Shown here one piece after another: positions 27,755-41,400 of a stretch of DNA of 64,000 nt. Numbering within the stretch: the stretch's first letter is position 1; every line of letters starts with the position of its first letter. Both the position numbers and the translations under genes were made by a program. Below the pieces are notes generated by a model. The model was not told the origin of the DNA, ran no database searches, and worked only from the letters and a program-made list of their open reading frames with translations. Origin of the DNA: Laetmonice hystrix (Eukaryota); NCBI GenBank assembly GCA_965235115.1, contig OZ249436.1, positions 44,952,001 to 45,016,000 on the forward strand, given 5' to 3'.

Positions 27755-28495
27755 AGTGGATAAAGCACTGTCAGAGCCAGTCGAGACGTTGTTATGGCGA
27801 AATAATGCACGAGCCGAAGGCGAGTGCATTATATCGCCAGAACAACGTCGAGACTGGCTCTGGCAGTGCTTTATTTACTTTAGCACACAACCTATAACTA
27901 TAAACAATTCAAACAGTGCCAAAACTACACCCAGTTGAGCTTTTACCGGCGATTTCATTCAGCAACTGTGGCCACCACATCTTGTTTACATTCTAAGGTC
28001 GGGGGGGCTCCCACAATGACCTTTGAACCGGCCGATTTGTACCACGCTTCACTATTGGTCGATCGTTATCACGTGACTTTCATTGACTTAACGAGCCTAT
28101 AAAAGGAGCTTTCTGATTGGACGGAAAATTAAGGCCATGCATTCAGCAATAGCGCCATCCCCTCTACTAGGCAAATGGACTCGGCGCGTCATTTAAACGA
28201 TGTAAACAGAGTTCGCTGTGGGCATATCGAATCGAAACGACCCAACTGAACTATACAGACGGGTTTCTTCTCGTAATTCTATAACAACTGCGAAGTCTCA
28301 GCCATTAACACTCCATTAGTTGCTAGTTCTACCTATTGACAACCTTGAAGCGAGGACAGGCAAACACAATGAATTCGAATGAGCACCCTCTCCGATTGGT
28401 CAATTCATGACGCGTCATACCCGTGAATTATGGCTCTAATAATTTCACGGTTTTGGGCCTATAACACACGCTGGGAGCAGCCAGGCGTGTGCTAA
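27755..28495. mobile_element. Crypton-like non-autonomous element
   Basis: ~55-bp stem-loop 27755-27879 with GCCGAAGGC apex; second terminal hairpin 28460-28495; TTAGCACAC/GTGTGCTAA inverted match; no TSD; family assignment is from recalled architecture only. Confidence 0.5.
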
Positions 28496-28504
28496 TTTAC
28501 TATA

Positions 28505-29230
28505 ACGACGGTGTATACATGACGACGTTGTATACCACAATTATATGACGTACGACGTTGTATACCACTGTTATATGACGTAACGTTGTATACCACAATT
28601 ATATGACGTACGACGTTGTATACCACTGTTATATGACGACGACGTTGTATACCACTATTATATGACGTAACGTTGTATACCACAATTTTATGACGTACGA
28701 CGTTGTATACCACAATGAGGGACTTTGGTACCGTCTTTTCCGCGTGGCGGCAGCACTGTCAACCCGGTCCCCTTGGGCCACATTATTATGACGTAAGATA
28801 GGCCGACGAAATGCTAATCTATCGCTGGGTGCCCTAGTGCTATTTGCTATGAAATATTATGGTACGTTTAGGAGTTCTGCAACATGCTGAAGCCTATCAA
28901 GTTTTCATAACAAATAGTCTAAACACATCCTGCCACAGATTAGCATTTCGTCGTCCTATCTAACGTCATACTAATGTGTAGCTAAAAGGACCGGGCGACA
29001 GTGCTGCCGCCACGCGGATATGACTGGAAATGCGCCGTTGCGCATGCGTCTCAAGGAGTGTGAAGTCCCTCATTATGTGACGTACGACGTTGTATCCCAC
29101 TATTATATGACGTACGACGTTGTATACCACTATTATATGACGTACGACGTTGTATACCACTATTATATGATGTAACGTTGTATACCACTATTATATGACG
29201 TAACGTTGTATACCCCCATTATATGACGTC
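28505..29230. repeat. 28/31-bp minisatellite interrupted by a MITE
   Basis: TATATGACGTACGACGTTGTATACCACTAT units on both sides of 28717-29071. Confidence 0.9.
28717..29071. mobile_element. MITE inserted into a minisatellite, apparent AT TSD
   Basis: GAGGGACTT..CCGCGTGGCGGCAGCACTGTC / GACAGTGCTGCCGCCACGCGG..AAGTCCCTC; the host repeat unit CACAATTAT is split with AT duplicated. Confidence 0.7.
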
Positions 29231-30065
29231 ATTCTATCCTGCAGCTGATATATGACGGTATAGGTCATAGGTCTCTATTATCAATTACACGGCATACTAC
29301 AACAAAGTTAGTAATAAGGCCCACCTGTGCATAGGATGGCCAAAAAATCTTAAGAGAAAAAATAAACCACTCCCTTTGGTTTTATTTATAAGCATTTCCA
29401 ATTTAAGAATCTCGCTGTCTCCGAATTTGTAAAGATATTTAGCAATATGTGGATTTGCTGGAGTAGACCTACTTTGAAACCGACGTCCAAAACGGGTTTG
29501 TGTAACATCCAAATCAAACAATCATTTCTCTCTATAATCTACCCGACTACTGTGGCACCCGTACCCTAATCTCCTGACTTATACATGACCGCCCAAGTTA
29601 TCGATCCTGAAAGTAGAAACCTGTTGCGGTTTTTACGGACCAGCCAAGATTTAGACAGACCTCAATGTAGTGTTATTGCTGACACGTTGCGAGCAGATTA
29701 TGGGGCTTTCCCTCACTAGTCCCTTTGCTCGAGTCCCGCGTGACCTATTCCACTTGATGAGATTCCCATCTGATTTATCTCCCTACCTAGCAGTCGTTAC
29801 TTTATGGATGGCCTGTTTGGCTTTACTGTCAACGTCCCGCAGCAGAAATAGGCAAGCTCTCTCTATCCTCCAGCAAAAGTCGGTCAATCCTTTTTGAATT
29901 TTCTCTTCTTTTTTTCTTTTTGCTTTGGTTTAATCATGGAATGGAACTTGTGAAAGAAGAGAAGTGTTGTGTTCAGAGAGAGGTATCGGCTAGCAGCTAT
30001 GTCACCTGAGTCAGGTCGTATAGCTAGTCCACCTGGGACCACGGTTTAGTGATCCGGAACATCGG

Positions 30066-30199
30066 CTAGACCTCTGTCTGAACACTAGACCTCTGTCTAA
30101 ACACTAGACCTCTGTCTGAACACTAGACCTCTGTCTGAACACTAGACCTCTGTCTGAACACTAGACCTCTGTCTGAACACTAGACCTCTGTCTGAACAC
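30066..30199. repeat. 19-bp minisatellite
   Basis: CTAGACCTCTGTCTGAACA x ~7. Confidence 0.95.
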
Positions 30200-30982
30200 G
30201 CAGTTTGCAGGATTACGTATTGTCTCTCATACCAAGCGGGTTCAAGATGTGAGATTGTGTGAAAAGCTTCCCTTCAAACACGAGATCCTTGCTGAAGAGA
30301 ATGAGATGAGAAGTACGAAGGACTTGGTGACAAGCTTGGCAGGAATAAAATAATCTTCTTCAAGGCTTGAGCGTTATGATGAGTTAATGATGACCTTCAG
30401 TTCGGAGCAGAGACCGCTTCAGGGAACACATTCGCAGGGAATAAACACTTGGCTTCAAGGTTTTACGTGATTGGCGTTTTGACATTGCTCGGAAAAACTC
30501 TAATGGCCGGTTGCAAGGACATAGTTAGTGTCGAGATTAACCCAATCTGTGGATTTACGCATATTTTCAGTTCCCAGAAAGTCAGAATTTTCTAGCCCTT
30601 TCTCATTTTTTGGAGACTGGCCCTTATTTCGCTGGCCAAGCACAAAAGAATTCCATTAAACAATTAAACAGTTTCATAAAGTCTTCCATCTTGCACTGAA
30701 CCGCACTGCATGCTTTCTGTTCAGACAAACTTTGTTTAGGTTTGCTTTCTGTATACGCAATGGAAACGTGAGATCCATTGATAATGTCCGGGTACAGAAA
30801 TTCATATAGACCTTTACGCTATCGAGTCCCTCTCGAGTATCCCTTTAAGACAGTGAGAGTAGGCAACATGATAAAGAGTCGAGTGCCTCAAGGATTCTCT
30901 CCTGAGTTTCAAGGTGACTCAGCAATTAGACGAACAAGAAAGTCGCATTCTGTTTAGAACATGACAAGGCGGTTTTATTGCG

Positions 30983-31256
30983 GAGAAAAAAGGAAACCAC
31001 AGTTTATATGGATGAAATACTGGATTTTTAGTTAGCAGAAAAAAGGAAACCACAGTTTATATGGATCAAATACTGGATTTTTAGTTAGCAGAAAAAAGGA
31101 AACCACAGTTTATATGGATGAAATACTGGATTTTTAGTTAGCAGAAAAAAGGAAACCACAGTTTATATGGATCAAATACTGGATTTTTAGTTAGCAGATA
31201 AAAAGGAAACCACAGTTTATATGGATCAAATACTGGATTTTTAGTTAGCAGAAAAA
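30983..31256. repeat. 53-bp minisatellite
   Basis: GCAGAAAAAAGGAAACCACAGTTTATATGGATCAAATACTGGATTTTTAGTTA x ~5. Confidence 0.95.
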
Positions 31257-31328
31257 TGGTCACCGTGCAGGTGTCTGCTATTGTATTTAGCCGAGTGAGA
31301 GTTATTATAGTTGATCCATGCTGGTGCA

Positions 31329-31653
31329 TACCAAACGTGGCGCTGGTCACAATGTAAGTTATAGCTCACACACCTTACCAAACGTGGCGCTGGTCACAAT
31401 GTAAGTTATAGCTCACACACCTTACCAAACGTGGCGCTGGTCACAATGTAAGTTATAGCTCACACACCTTACCAAACGTGGCGCTGGTCACAATGTAAGT
31501 TATAGCTCACACACCTTACCAAACGTGGCGCTGGTCACAATGTAAGTTAGGCCTATAGCTCACACACCTTACCAAACGTGGCGCTGGTCACAATGTAAGT
31601 TATAGCTCACACACTTACCAAACTGGCGCTGGTCACAATGTAAGTTATAGCTC
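31329..31653. repeat. 47-bp minisatellite
   Basis: ACCAAACGTGGCGCTGGTCACAATGTAAGTTATAGCTCACACACCTT x ~7. Confidence 0.95.
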
Positions 31654-32554
31654 TTGAAAATATTGGTCGTATTTTTAACAAGAAACAGTAGGTTCAGTTC
31701 CCAACTGAACATATTATTATAAAGCCTCGAGTAGGCCTACTAGACACAAAATTCAACATACCAGGAACCGGTTAAATTAAGCCATCACGCCACATTGTAA
31801 AGCGTTAATGTCTATACTAGGCTAAATGAACGACTTCCTATCGGTGGCGGAAATAGCATGGGGGCGGGAGACGGCTGCTCCCTGGCAATCAAATCTTGGT
31901 CCACCTTTGCAAGCTGTGTTTACCATTTAATAAGGCCCATAATGAAACCGACTGCCGAGGATAGGAATGTCGAGCATTACAACACCGAGCAGGAAGGAAA
32001 ACTTACGTTACTCGGCGAATCCCCCGCTGTACCGTCTTCATACAGGGACCTAATTTGGTAAAGTCCAGTTGGCTGTTACTCTGTTAATCTCCGCGCACAT
32101 TGAGAGTTGGCGTACATTATTTAGTACCCAGATGACAATAGCAATAACGGTCTCAAATTACCGCACTGTGTCAACTATGGAACGGTTTTTTGTGTGTTAA
32201 CAAAAAAAAACTTATACACAATCAAGGCTGTATATTTGCCAGCAGAGAAGGGGGGTGCAACCCCGTTGGAAATAAAAAAATAAATAAAAGAAAAACAAAG
32301 TTGTCGAATGTCCATCCTCAAAGAATCACAGTGTCAATTCCATAAAATAATAATAATTTCTCACTAGACGACTGCAACCCCCCCCCCTTGAAACCCCCCA
32401 TGGATCCAGCACTGGAGTTGCTACGGCAATCAGATGTTGCATCCAATGGAAACTGGATACAAGTCATTGTTTCACAGGAACAATGGACCATCAATGTGTT
32501 AACGAGTTCAAGATGACATTTCAGCTGCTTTCCGTCCCCTGCCTCGTGTTATCT

Positions 32555-35181
32555 CCATCTACATCCACGTTTATTATGTTCACACCATCTACATCCACGT
32601 TTATTATGTTCACTTCATCTACATCCACGTTTATTATGTTCACATCATCTACATCCACGTTTATTATGTTCACATCATCTACATCCACGTTTATTATGTT
32701 CACATCATCTACATCCACGTTTATTATGTTCACATCATCTACATCCACGTTTATTATGTTCACGTCATCTACATCCACGTTTATTATGTTCACATCATCT
32801 ACATCCACGTTTATTATGTTCACACCATCTACATCCACGTTTATTATGTTCACTTCATCTACATCCACGTTTATTATGTTCACATCATCTACATCCACGT
32901 TTATTATGTTCACATCATCTACATCCACGTTTATTATGTTCACATCATCTACATCCACGTTTATTATGTTCACATCATCTACATCCACGTTTATTATGTT
33001 CACATCATCTACATCCACGTTTATTATGTTCACATCATCTACATCCACGTTTATTATGTTCACATCATCTACATCCACGTCTATTATGTTCACACCATCT
33101 ACATCCACGTTTATTATGTTCACACCATCTACATCCACGTTTATTATGTTCACATCATCTACATCCACGTGTATTATGTTCACACCATCTACATCCACGT
33201 TTATTATGTTCACATCATCTACATCCACGTGTATTATGTTCACATCATCTACATCCACGTCTATGATGTTCACGTTCACGATGCCTACATCCACATCTAT
33301 TATGTTCACATCATCTACATCCACGTTTATTATGTTCACATCATCTACATCCACGTTTATTACGTTCACATCATCTACATCCACGTTTATTATGTTCACA
33401 TCATCTACATCCACGTTTATTATGTTCACATCATCTACATCCACGTTTATTATGTTCACATCATCTACATCCACGTCTATGCTGTTCACGTTCACGTCAT
33501 CTACATCCACGTCTATGATGTTCACGTTCACGTTGCCTACATCCACGTCTATGATGTTCACGTTCACGATGCCTACATCCACGTCTATGATGTTCACGTT
33601 CACGTTGCCTACATCCACGTCTATGATGTTCACGTTCACGATGCCTACATCCACGTCTATGATGTTCACGTTCACGATGCCTACATCCACGTCTACGATG
33701 TTCACGTTCACGTTGCCTACATCCACGTCTATGATGTTCACGTTCACGATGCCTACATCCACATCTATGCTGTTCACGTTAACGTTGCCTACATCCACGT
33801 CTATGATGTTCCCGTTAACGTTGCCTACATCCACGTCTATGATGTTCACGTTCACGATGCCTACATCCACATCTATGCTGTTCACGTTAACGTTGCCTAC
33901 ATCCACGTCTATGATGTTCACGTTAACGTTGCCTACATCCACGTCTATGATGTTCACGTTCACGTTGCCTACATCCACGTCTATGATGTTCACGTTCACG
34001 ATGCCTACATCCACGTCTATGATGTTCACGTTCACGATGCCTACATCCACGTCTACGATGTTCACGTTCACGTTGCCTACATCCACGTCTATGATGTTCA
34101 CGTTGCCTACATCCACGTCTTTGATGTTCACGTTCACGTTGCCTACATCCACGTCTATGATGTTCACGTTCACGATGCCTACATCCACATCTATGATGTT
34201 CACGTTCACGATGCCTACATCCACGTCTACGATGTTCACGTTCACGTTGCCTACATCCACGTCTATGATGTTCACGTTAACGTTGCCTACATCCACATCT
34301 ATGCTGTTCACGTTAACGTTGCCTACATCCACGTCTATGATGTTCACGTTCACGATGCCTACATCCACGTCTATGATGTTCACGTTCACGTTGCCTACAT
34401 CCACGTCTATGATGTTCACGTTAACGTTGCCTACATCCACATCTATGCTGTTCACGTTAACGTTGCCTACATCCACGTCTATGATGTTCACGTTCACGAT
34501 GCCTACATCCACGTCTATGATGTTCACGTTAACGTTGCCTACATCCACGTCTATGATGTTCACGTTGCCTACATCCACGTCTTTGATGTTCACGTTGCCT
34601 ACATCCACGTCTATGATGTTCACGTTGCCTACATCCACGTCTATGATGAACACGTTCACGTGGCCTACATCCACGTCTATGATGTTCACGTGGCCTACAT
34701 CCACGTCTATGATGTTCACGTTGCCTACATCCACGTCTATGATGTTCACGTTGCCTACATCCACGTCTATGATGAACACGTTCACGTGGCCTACATCCAC
34801 GTCTATGATGTTCACGTGGCCTACATCCACGTCTATGATGTTCACGTTGACTACATCCACGTCTATGCTGTTCACGTATACGATGCCTACATCCACGTCT
34901 ATGCTGTTCACGTATACGATGCCTACATCCACGTCTATGATGTTTACTTTAACGATGCCTACATCCACGTCTATGATGTTCACGTTCACGATGCCTACAT
35001 CCACGTCTATGATGTCCACGTTCACGATGCCTACATCCACGTCTATGATGTTCACGTTCACGATGCCTACATCCACGCCTATGATGTTCACGTTCACGAT
35101 GCCTACATCCACGTCTATGCTGTTCACGTTAACGTTGCCTACATCCACGTCTATGATGTTCACGTTGACTACATCCACGTC
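32555..35181. repeat. 30/36-bp hexamer-built minisatellite
   Basis: TCTACATCCACGTTTATTATGTTCACATCA grading into CCTACATCCACGTCTATGATGTTCACGTTCACGATG. Confidence 0.97.
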
Positions 35182-37622
35182 ACTGACACTTTGAATGAGC
35201 CTACATTTCTAAACGATTAGCCTAAACGTTAACACTGATTTCTAATGCAAAAAATATAAGCCTGTTGGCTTATGAATCTGGAGGATTTTTAATGGAATAT
35301 TAGGCCATTTAATTAGGTCTGTGAAAATGTTCCCAGAACATGTTTCATTCAGGAGGCTACGATGGGTATGGCCTATGGGCATCTAAAACCATGCCTCCCC
35401 CACTATTTGTTCCGCTGCTTTTGGGAGATTGTCATAAAATCATCTTGATTTGGGTTCTGGCCACGGGTCCTCCTTCCTCTTCCCCTGGGAATAATCGATA
35501 AAGTTTCAAGGAGCTCCGATCCAATGACATTCGACGCCAGCTGGTCTTACAATGTCAGGTTCAACCACATCTATCATGGGACACATCGACTAAATTTTGA
35601 CGGCGAATTTTTACAGTCCACCTGTGCCCCGTAAAATTTCTCAGCGCAGGTAAAAATAGCCTCAAGAGGCATGTTTAAAATCACGTAATGTAATTAAAGT
35701 ACTGATCATTCATAATTTTCGGAAAATCTTCTACCTTCTCGTTTTGGTTACCGCATGTTCTCGCCTGAGAGCGGGAAGAAGTTCCGACGTACTAAAGAAC
35801 TGCCTCTAGAGGGCGCGACACTCTGATTGGCTTCCTGGCCTGGTTCCCCTGCCCGCCGCTCCGCTCCTTGGCGCTGATGGTCGTCGCTTAGGCCATTCGG
35901 GATTCCCTCAGGCATTTGACGTCACTTCCTGCTATTCGAAAATACCCTGGGATGAATTGAGCGCCATTATGGCAACCAGACACATGGCGGAATGGACCTG
36001 TGTAGCGAGGCACTGAGTGAACCGTCATATCCAATCGAGCCAGGAAGTAGTGCATTATTGAAACCTGCTCCTTCGGCATTGTATGTGCAAATATAAATTT
36101 CTGGTATGAATGGGAACGTTTGAAGAAGAAAAATGAATCACCTAATTTACCTAAATCGGCGCGTGATACAGTAATTTATCAAATTATGGGAAGCAATATG
36201 CACAACAACACGACACAAGGTAGGGCTACTTGTACCCTATCATGAACATGATACTATCGTAATATGACTTGGTAAGAGCACTGGAGGCCTATTTTAGTTG
36301 CTTCCATGCCTGATGCAGACAAAATACCGCAAGCACTCGAGTCCTACTTGAGTCCCGGCTCAATGAACCCGCGATGCAATGCTCAAAATGGCGCTCAATT
36401 CACCCGAGACTACTTTCGAAGAAAGGGCCGATGATTCCCGATTGCGCTTGGGTATGGCACAAACTTTTAAGGCCAAGCGAACGAACATCAGCGTCAAGGA
36501 GCGGCGCGGCGAGCAGGGAAACCAGATCAGTCACGAAGTGGCGCTGCTGTTCGAGTATAACTTTTCGTTTCTCGTCCCCGCGCGTGCCACCTGAAACTTC
36601 TTTTATTTAAATCCGAATACTTCTTCCTTGTGGTGGGCGCTGACTGTTGCGGAGTGTTTCGACATCTCTTGAATTAAGACTTCTTCATTTTATCTTACGA
36701 AAAGTTAAAAACTACTTAATAAACTGACGTTGTACATTTTTAACTTGACGACGGCACTCTGATAAAACTGCATTTAAACATAATACCAAATAAGATTGTG
36801 CAGATTGTAGGCTTCAATCCGAATAAATTAAAAATAGATCTAATCGAGATTTTGTTTGTGCTTGATACATGTGAATATTTGAAAGCTGTTTGAAATACTT
36901 TTGTTCAATGAATCCTTCGGTTGAGCTTATTGAGATTGTTGAGATAGTTAAAAAAAGATCAGCGTTATTTAGTCGACGGTGTCTATACCGTGTCATAATT
37001 AAAGCATCTCCACTGATGCTAAAGGATTCCCCATCATTCAGGTTTTTAAAAAAAATTATAGCACTAAATGGCCCAGGAGCACGAGCTCCCATCCCCTTTG
37101 CAGATAGGACAGGTTATCTCTGGAAAATTTTATCTATGCCTATTTTAATTGATTCCCTTTAACTTTTGTAATTTTGGTTTCAAGAATGTCGAAATGCTCG
37201 TGTCCTTAGGTCTATAGGTAACAAATATTAAAGGTGCTATTCGTCTCGCTCAGAATGGCATTTCTCCTATCATACATTATGCACATACTAGAAAAAGTTC
37301 CTCCCGATACTATTGGCCTGATGAACCTTCTATTAGTCTGTGTGCAGCATTTGAAACCTATCTCGGTGCGCACCGAGATAGAGCCATCTCCCGTGGTCGA
37401 GTCTATGGGGGCGTGTGAGGGTCTTCACAGCCCTTCTGAGAGAGCCCCATTTGTGCCGTTTTCCATGAAAAATTTTGATTTCCTTGGTTGTGAATCTATT
37501 TCCATGATAGGTGGGATCACATAAACGTCAACAAAATTTAAAAAATAAAATTGAACTTTTTCCCACGAATAGCACCTTTAGATATAACATGGTTGATAGT
37601 GTATTCTTTGGACTAACTGCAC

Positions 37623-37880
37623 GTTGCACTCTAGAGCGTTTGCTATATAATGTTAACTTGTTGCACTCTAGAGCGTCTGCTATATAATGTTAACTTGTTG
37701 CACTCTAGAGCGTCTGCTATATAATGTTAACTTGTTGCACTCTAGAGCGTCTGCTATATAAAACTTGTTGCACTCTAGAGCGTCTGCTATATAATGTTAA
37801 CTTGTTGACCTCTAGAGCGTCTGCTATATAATGTTAACTTGTTGAACTCTAGAGCGTCTGCTATATAATGTTAACTTGTT
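37623..37880. repeat. 37-bp minisatellite
   Basis: GTTGCACTCTAGAGCGTCTGCTATATAATGTTAACTT x ~7. Confidence 0.95.
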
Positions 37881-38182
37881 CAACTTGTATCGAGGGGGTG
37901 CGCAACCCCCTTCGGTTTTTTTGCGTTATGTGTGTGTGTGGGGGGGGGGGGTCATGTTAATGACGAAAAGATGCCCCCTAAAAGATTTTTTTATGCTAGT
38001 CCATGGTAAGTGACAGAATCGGTGGGTGCACCCCCGCTTGACAGAATCCTATATCCGCTCCTGAATATTTATATATCATTTATTCGTACATAATATGTAC
38101 AGTAGAATATTTAAGTGAACCTTATTCACAGCATAATTGGTTAATCATCTAACCAATGACCGAAGAAACTGACAAAACAACA

Positions 38183-38188
38183 TTTATT
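38183..38188 (-). promoter_or_regulatory. candidate polyadenylation signal (AATAAA) of SLC7 gene
   Basis: AATAAA on minus strand ~110 nt after the stop codon; a second copy near 38078. Confidence 0.5.
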
Positions 38189-38297
38189 GGGTCATTCGAT
38201 GTCTACATCACAGGCTATATGTGGCGTTCATAATTTACAGTTCTTGGAATGGTATAATTGTGGGGGAAACCCCACGGTGGTTAATCTGGGTGCGACA

Positions 38298-38416
38298 CTA
38301 GCCGTTTCCGGTTTCTTTGGTCAAGGTCACAGACGCCAGGAAGTCCTCATCCTCCTCGGCCTGATGTGTTTCCGGGGCAACGAGTAGCGCCCGCTGTACG
38401 GCAAGCGTTACTTTAT
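38298..38416 (-). CDS. SLC7 terminal coding exon 10
   Basis: TTCTCAG|AT; phase 1 matches exon 9; encodes DKVTLAVQRALLVAPETHQAEEDEDFLASVTLTKETGNG*, resembling the SLC7 C-terminal T..xQ..L.V.P segment. Confidence 0.85.
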
Positions 38417-41400
38417 CTGAGAAATCGGAAAAAGTCAGGTCAAATATCGCAAATATAAGGTCATTTATAATGAGCTTGCCTGTTGTCATTATAAAGTTGG
38501 TTTTGTTGGTTAAAATATTCTTATTGCTACTTTGTGACGTATGTAGGCCTATGTAACACGCCGCGTCGATTTCAACTAGGCCCTATATAACTGAAAACGA
38601 TTAATACATAAAAATCAATACCAAAACTGAAAAACAGAAAAGAAACTTGATGCTATTGATATGTCTTTCAGAACAATTTGGACCCATAGACCATGACCAT
38701 AACGTACCCGGTAGTCGTTTATACGTTTTCCTTAAATAGGGAATTTGATGACAAGTCGAAGTTTACCATTTCCATTCATTTTTCTCTGGTCCCTCTCCGC
38801 ACACAGAAACCTACCCATCCCTGTATCTACGGTCCCTCTCCCCAGACAGAAACCTACCCATCACTGTTAGACTGGTCATTTTAGGGTTTGGGGTAGAAAT
38901 TTGGGTGTCACAGCTGAAATTTGGCACAGGGACCCGTTCATAGCCATATTTTACCCTCCTAAAAGTCCCCATAAATCCTAGGTCGCGTTTGGCCGTAATA
39001 GGCCGAAAACCAAGATGGCTGCCATCAACCATAGTTAAAATTATAACTTTTTTGCTAGTTGTCATATATCCATGTGAGAGGGGTCATTTCCGACTAACTT
39101 GATGGTGACGAATCCATTTCCGGCCTCAGTTGTTCGATTTGAGGTCACTTTGACCTTTAAATCCAAGATGGCCGCCATTAACCATAGTGAAAATACTACC
39201 TTTTCACTAATTTTCGTATCTTGGCCTATTTGTGTGCGAGAGATCATTTTCGACTAATTTGATGGTGAGAAATCCATTTCCGGCCTCATTTACCCAATTT
39301 GAGGTCACCATCAAATCCAAGATGGCCGCTATCAACCATGGTGAAAATACAACTGTTTTTGCTAGTTTCCGTTTTCATGTGTGAGATCATTTTCGACTAA
39401 TTTGATGGTGAGCAATCCATTTCCGGCATCATTTACCCGATTTGAGGGCACCTTCTATTCCAAGATGGCCAAGATGGTCTACTGCAGGATTTCAATGTTT
39501 ATTTATGAGGGTTTCAAGGCCATGGGGGGGGGGTATGATCATCTTGTAGGGTCTCATGGTCAAGGTTATTACACGCATTGGAAGTCACAATACTGCAGAA
39601 AATAAGACACTCTCGAGATCAAATGACTGAAAAATCGTAATTCGTGGAATTTACCAAACACTTTTACTTTGCCAAGAAGAAAAGTCCATTCCATTCAGCA
39701 TTATATGGAACAATATGTTAACTCTTTCACTCACTACTATGCTCCACACTACTGCACTCTAACCTTCTTTATACAAGCTTCAAACGAATACCTATACTGG
39801 CTCAGCCTCGTCGGCTGCACCTCCGGATCCTATCCCCATCACACTGGCCACACATGGGGGTACAAAGCTGCTCTGCCTTTCGACAGCTGCATGCAGACTT
39901 CTCATTGCAGCCTCCTTTACAATCACAGAAGATCATCTTAATGAGACGTTGTGGTGCAGCAGGTCGATCAGAACCAATGGGCTGCAAGCTCCCAGATTTG
40001 ATCTCCCATCCCCATTTGAGAGGATCGAGATCTCTATCGTACCACGTCTGGACTTGGAGGTACACCCTGAAAGAATGCATTTTTGCAGAGGCACTGCGGT
40101 TGGTGGAACAAGGGCGAGGCTAGTGGTTGTGGACAACTTGTTTCGGGCAATCCCTTGTTTTAGTCGGAAGAATCAGGCGAGGTCGAGGGACTTGAATGCC
40201 TTTACTCCGTACAACTCCATGAATAATTCCTCTCCAGCTTGCACTACAGCCGTAGTGCCAGAGTTTGGGCATTTGAACACTTCCAGGCTCTTCCGAATAC
40301 TCTCCTTGCTTTTGGCCGATATCAGGAGTTTCTTCTTGCCCTTCCTGAAGGGCGCACTGGTGGTGTCACAGCCAGTGAAGGCATGTAGCGGCAGTAAGAC
40401 GTCACAAAGCGGCCCAAGACTCTCCCTGATCAGATGCAAGGGATATTTTTTGTCCGGTTTACCTGGTTGGGAATGAATCAAGAGAATATTCTTCCGGTCA
40501 CCCAGTCGCTCCAAGAGGATGACTAGGATGTCCGTGTCTCTGGACACGACAGACACCGACTCCTCTTCATTCTGATGAGTTTTTTCAAGGGCAGTGACGG
40601 CGATCTTCACATCTGCGTCTGCCTCGGCCTGGGAAACTTTGATGCCATTTGAAAGTAGCCCTTTTACTCCGTACAACTCCATAAATAATTCCTCTCCAGC
40701 TTGCACTACAGCTGTAGTGCCAGAGTTTGGGCATTTGAACACTTCCAGGCTCTTCCGAATACTCTCCAGGTTCAGGTAAACCGGACAAAAAATATCCCTT
40801 GCATCTGATCAGGGAGAGTCTTGGGCCTCTTTGTGACGTCTTACTGCCGCTACATGCCTTCACTGGCTGTGACTTGTACAAATGTAGGATCCGGAGGTGC
40901 AGCCGACGAGGCTGAGCCAGGGGTGCGTTCCTCATCTATCGTTATCCTGTCGTGCGTTAAAATCCCCATTGAAAATACATTGGAGTTAACGATACGACAA
41001 GCTAACGACATGATGAGGAACACCCCCCAGTATAGGTATTCGTTTGAAGCTTGTATAAAGAAGGTTAGAGTGCAGTAGTGTGGAGGATAGTAGTGAGTGA
41101 AAGAGTTAACATATTGTTCCATATAATGCTGAATGGAATGGACTTTTCTTCTTGGCAAAGTAAAAGTGTTTGGTAAATTCCACGAATTACGATTTTTCAG
41201 TCATTTGATCTCGAGAGTGTCTTATTTTCTGCAGTATTGTGACTTCCAATGCGTGTAATAACCTTGACCATGAGACCCTATAAGATGATCATAACCCCCC
41301 CCCCCCATGGCCTTGAAACCCTCATAAATAAACATTGAAATCCTGCAGTAGACCATCTTGGCCATCTTGGAATGGAAGGTGCCCTCAAATCGGGTAAATG

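Noticed and set aside
4980..31653. Regularly spaced 30-50-bp repeats resembling CRISPR arrays
   Set aside because: Head-to-tail units with no unique spacers, no cas genes, eukaryotic context.
36374..37524. Several 70-96 aa ORFs on both strands
   Set aside because: No recognisable motifs or consistent splice structure; cannot be supported without a homology search.
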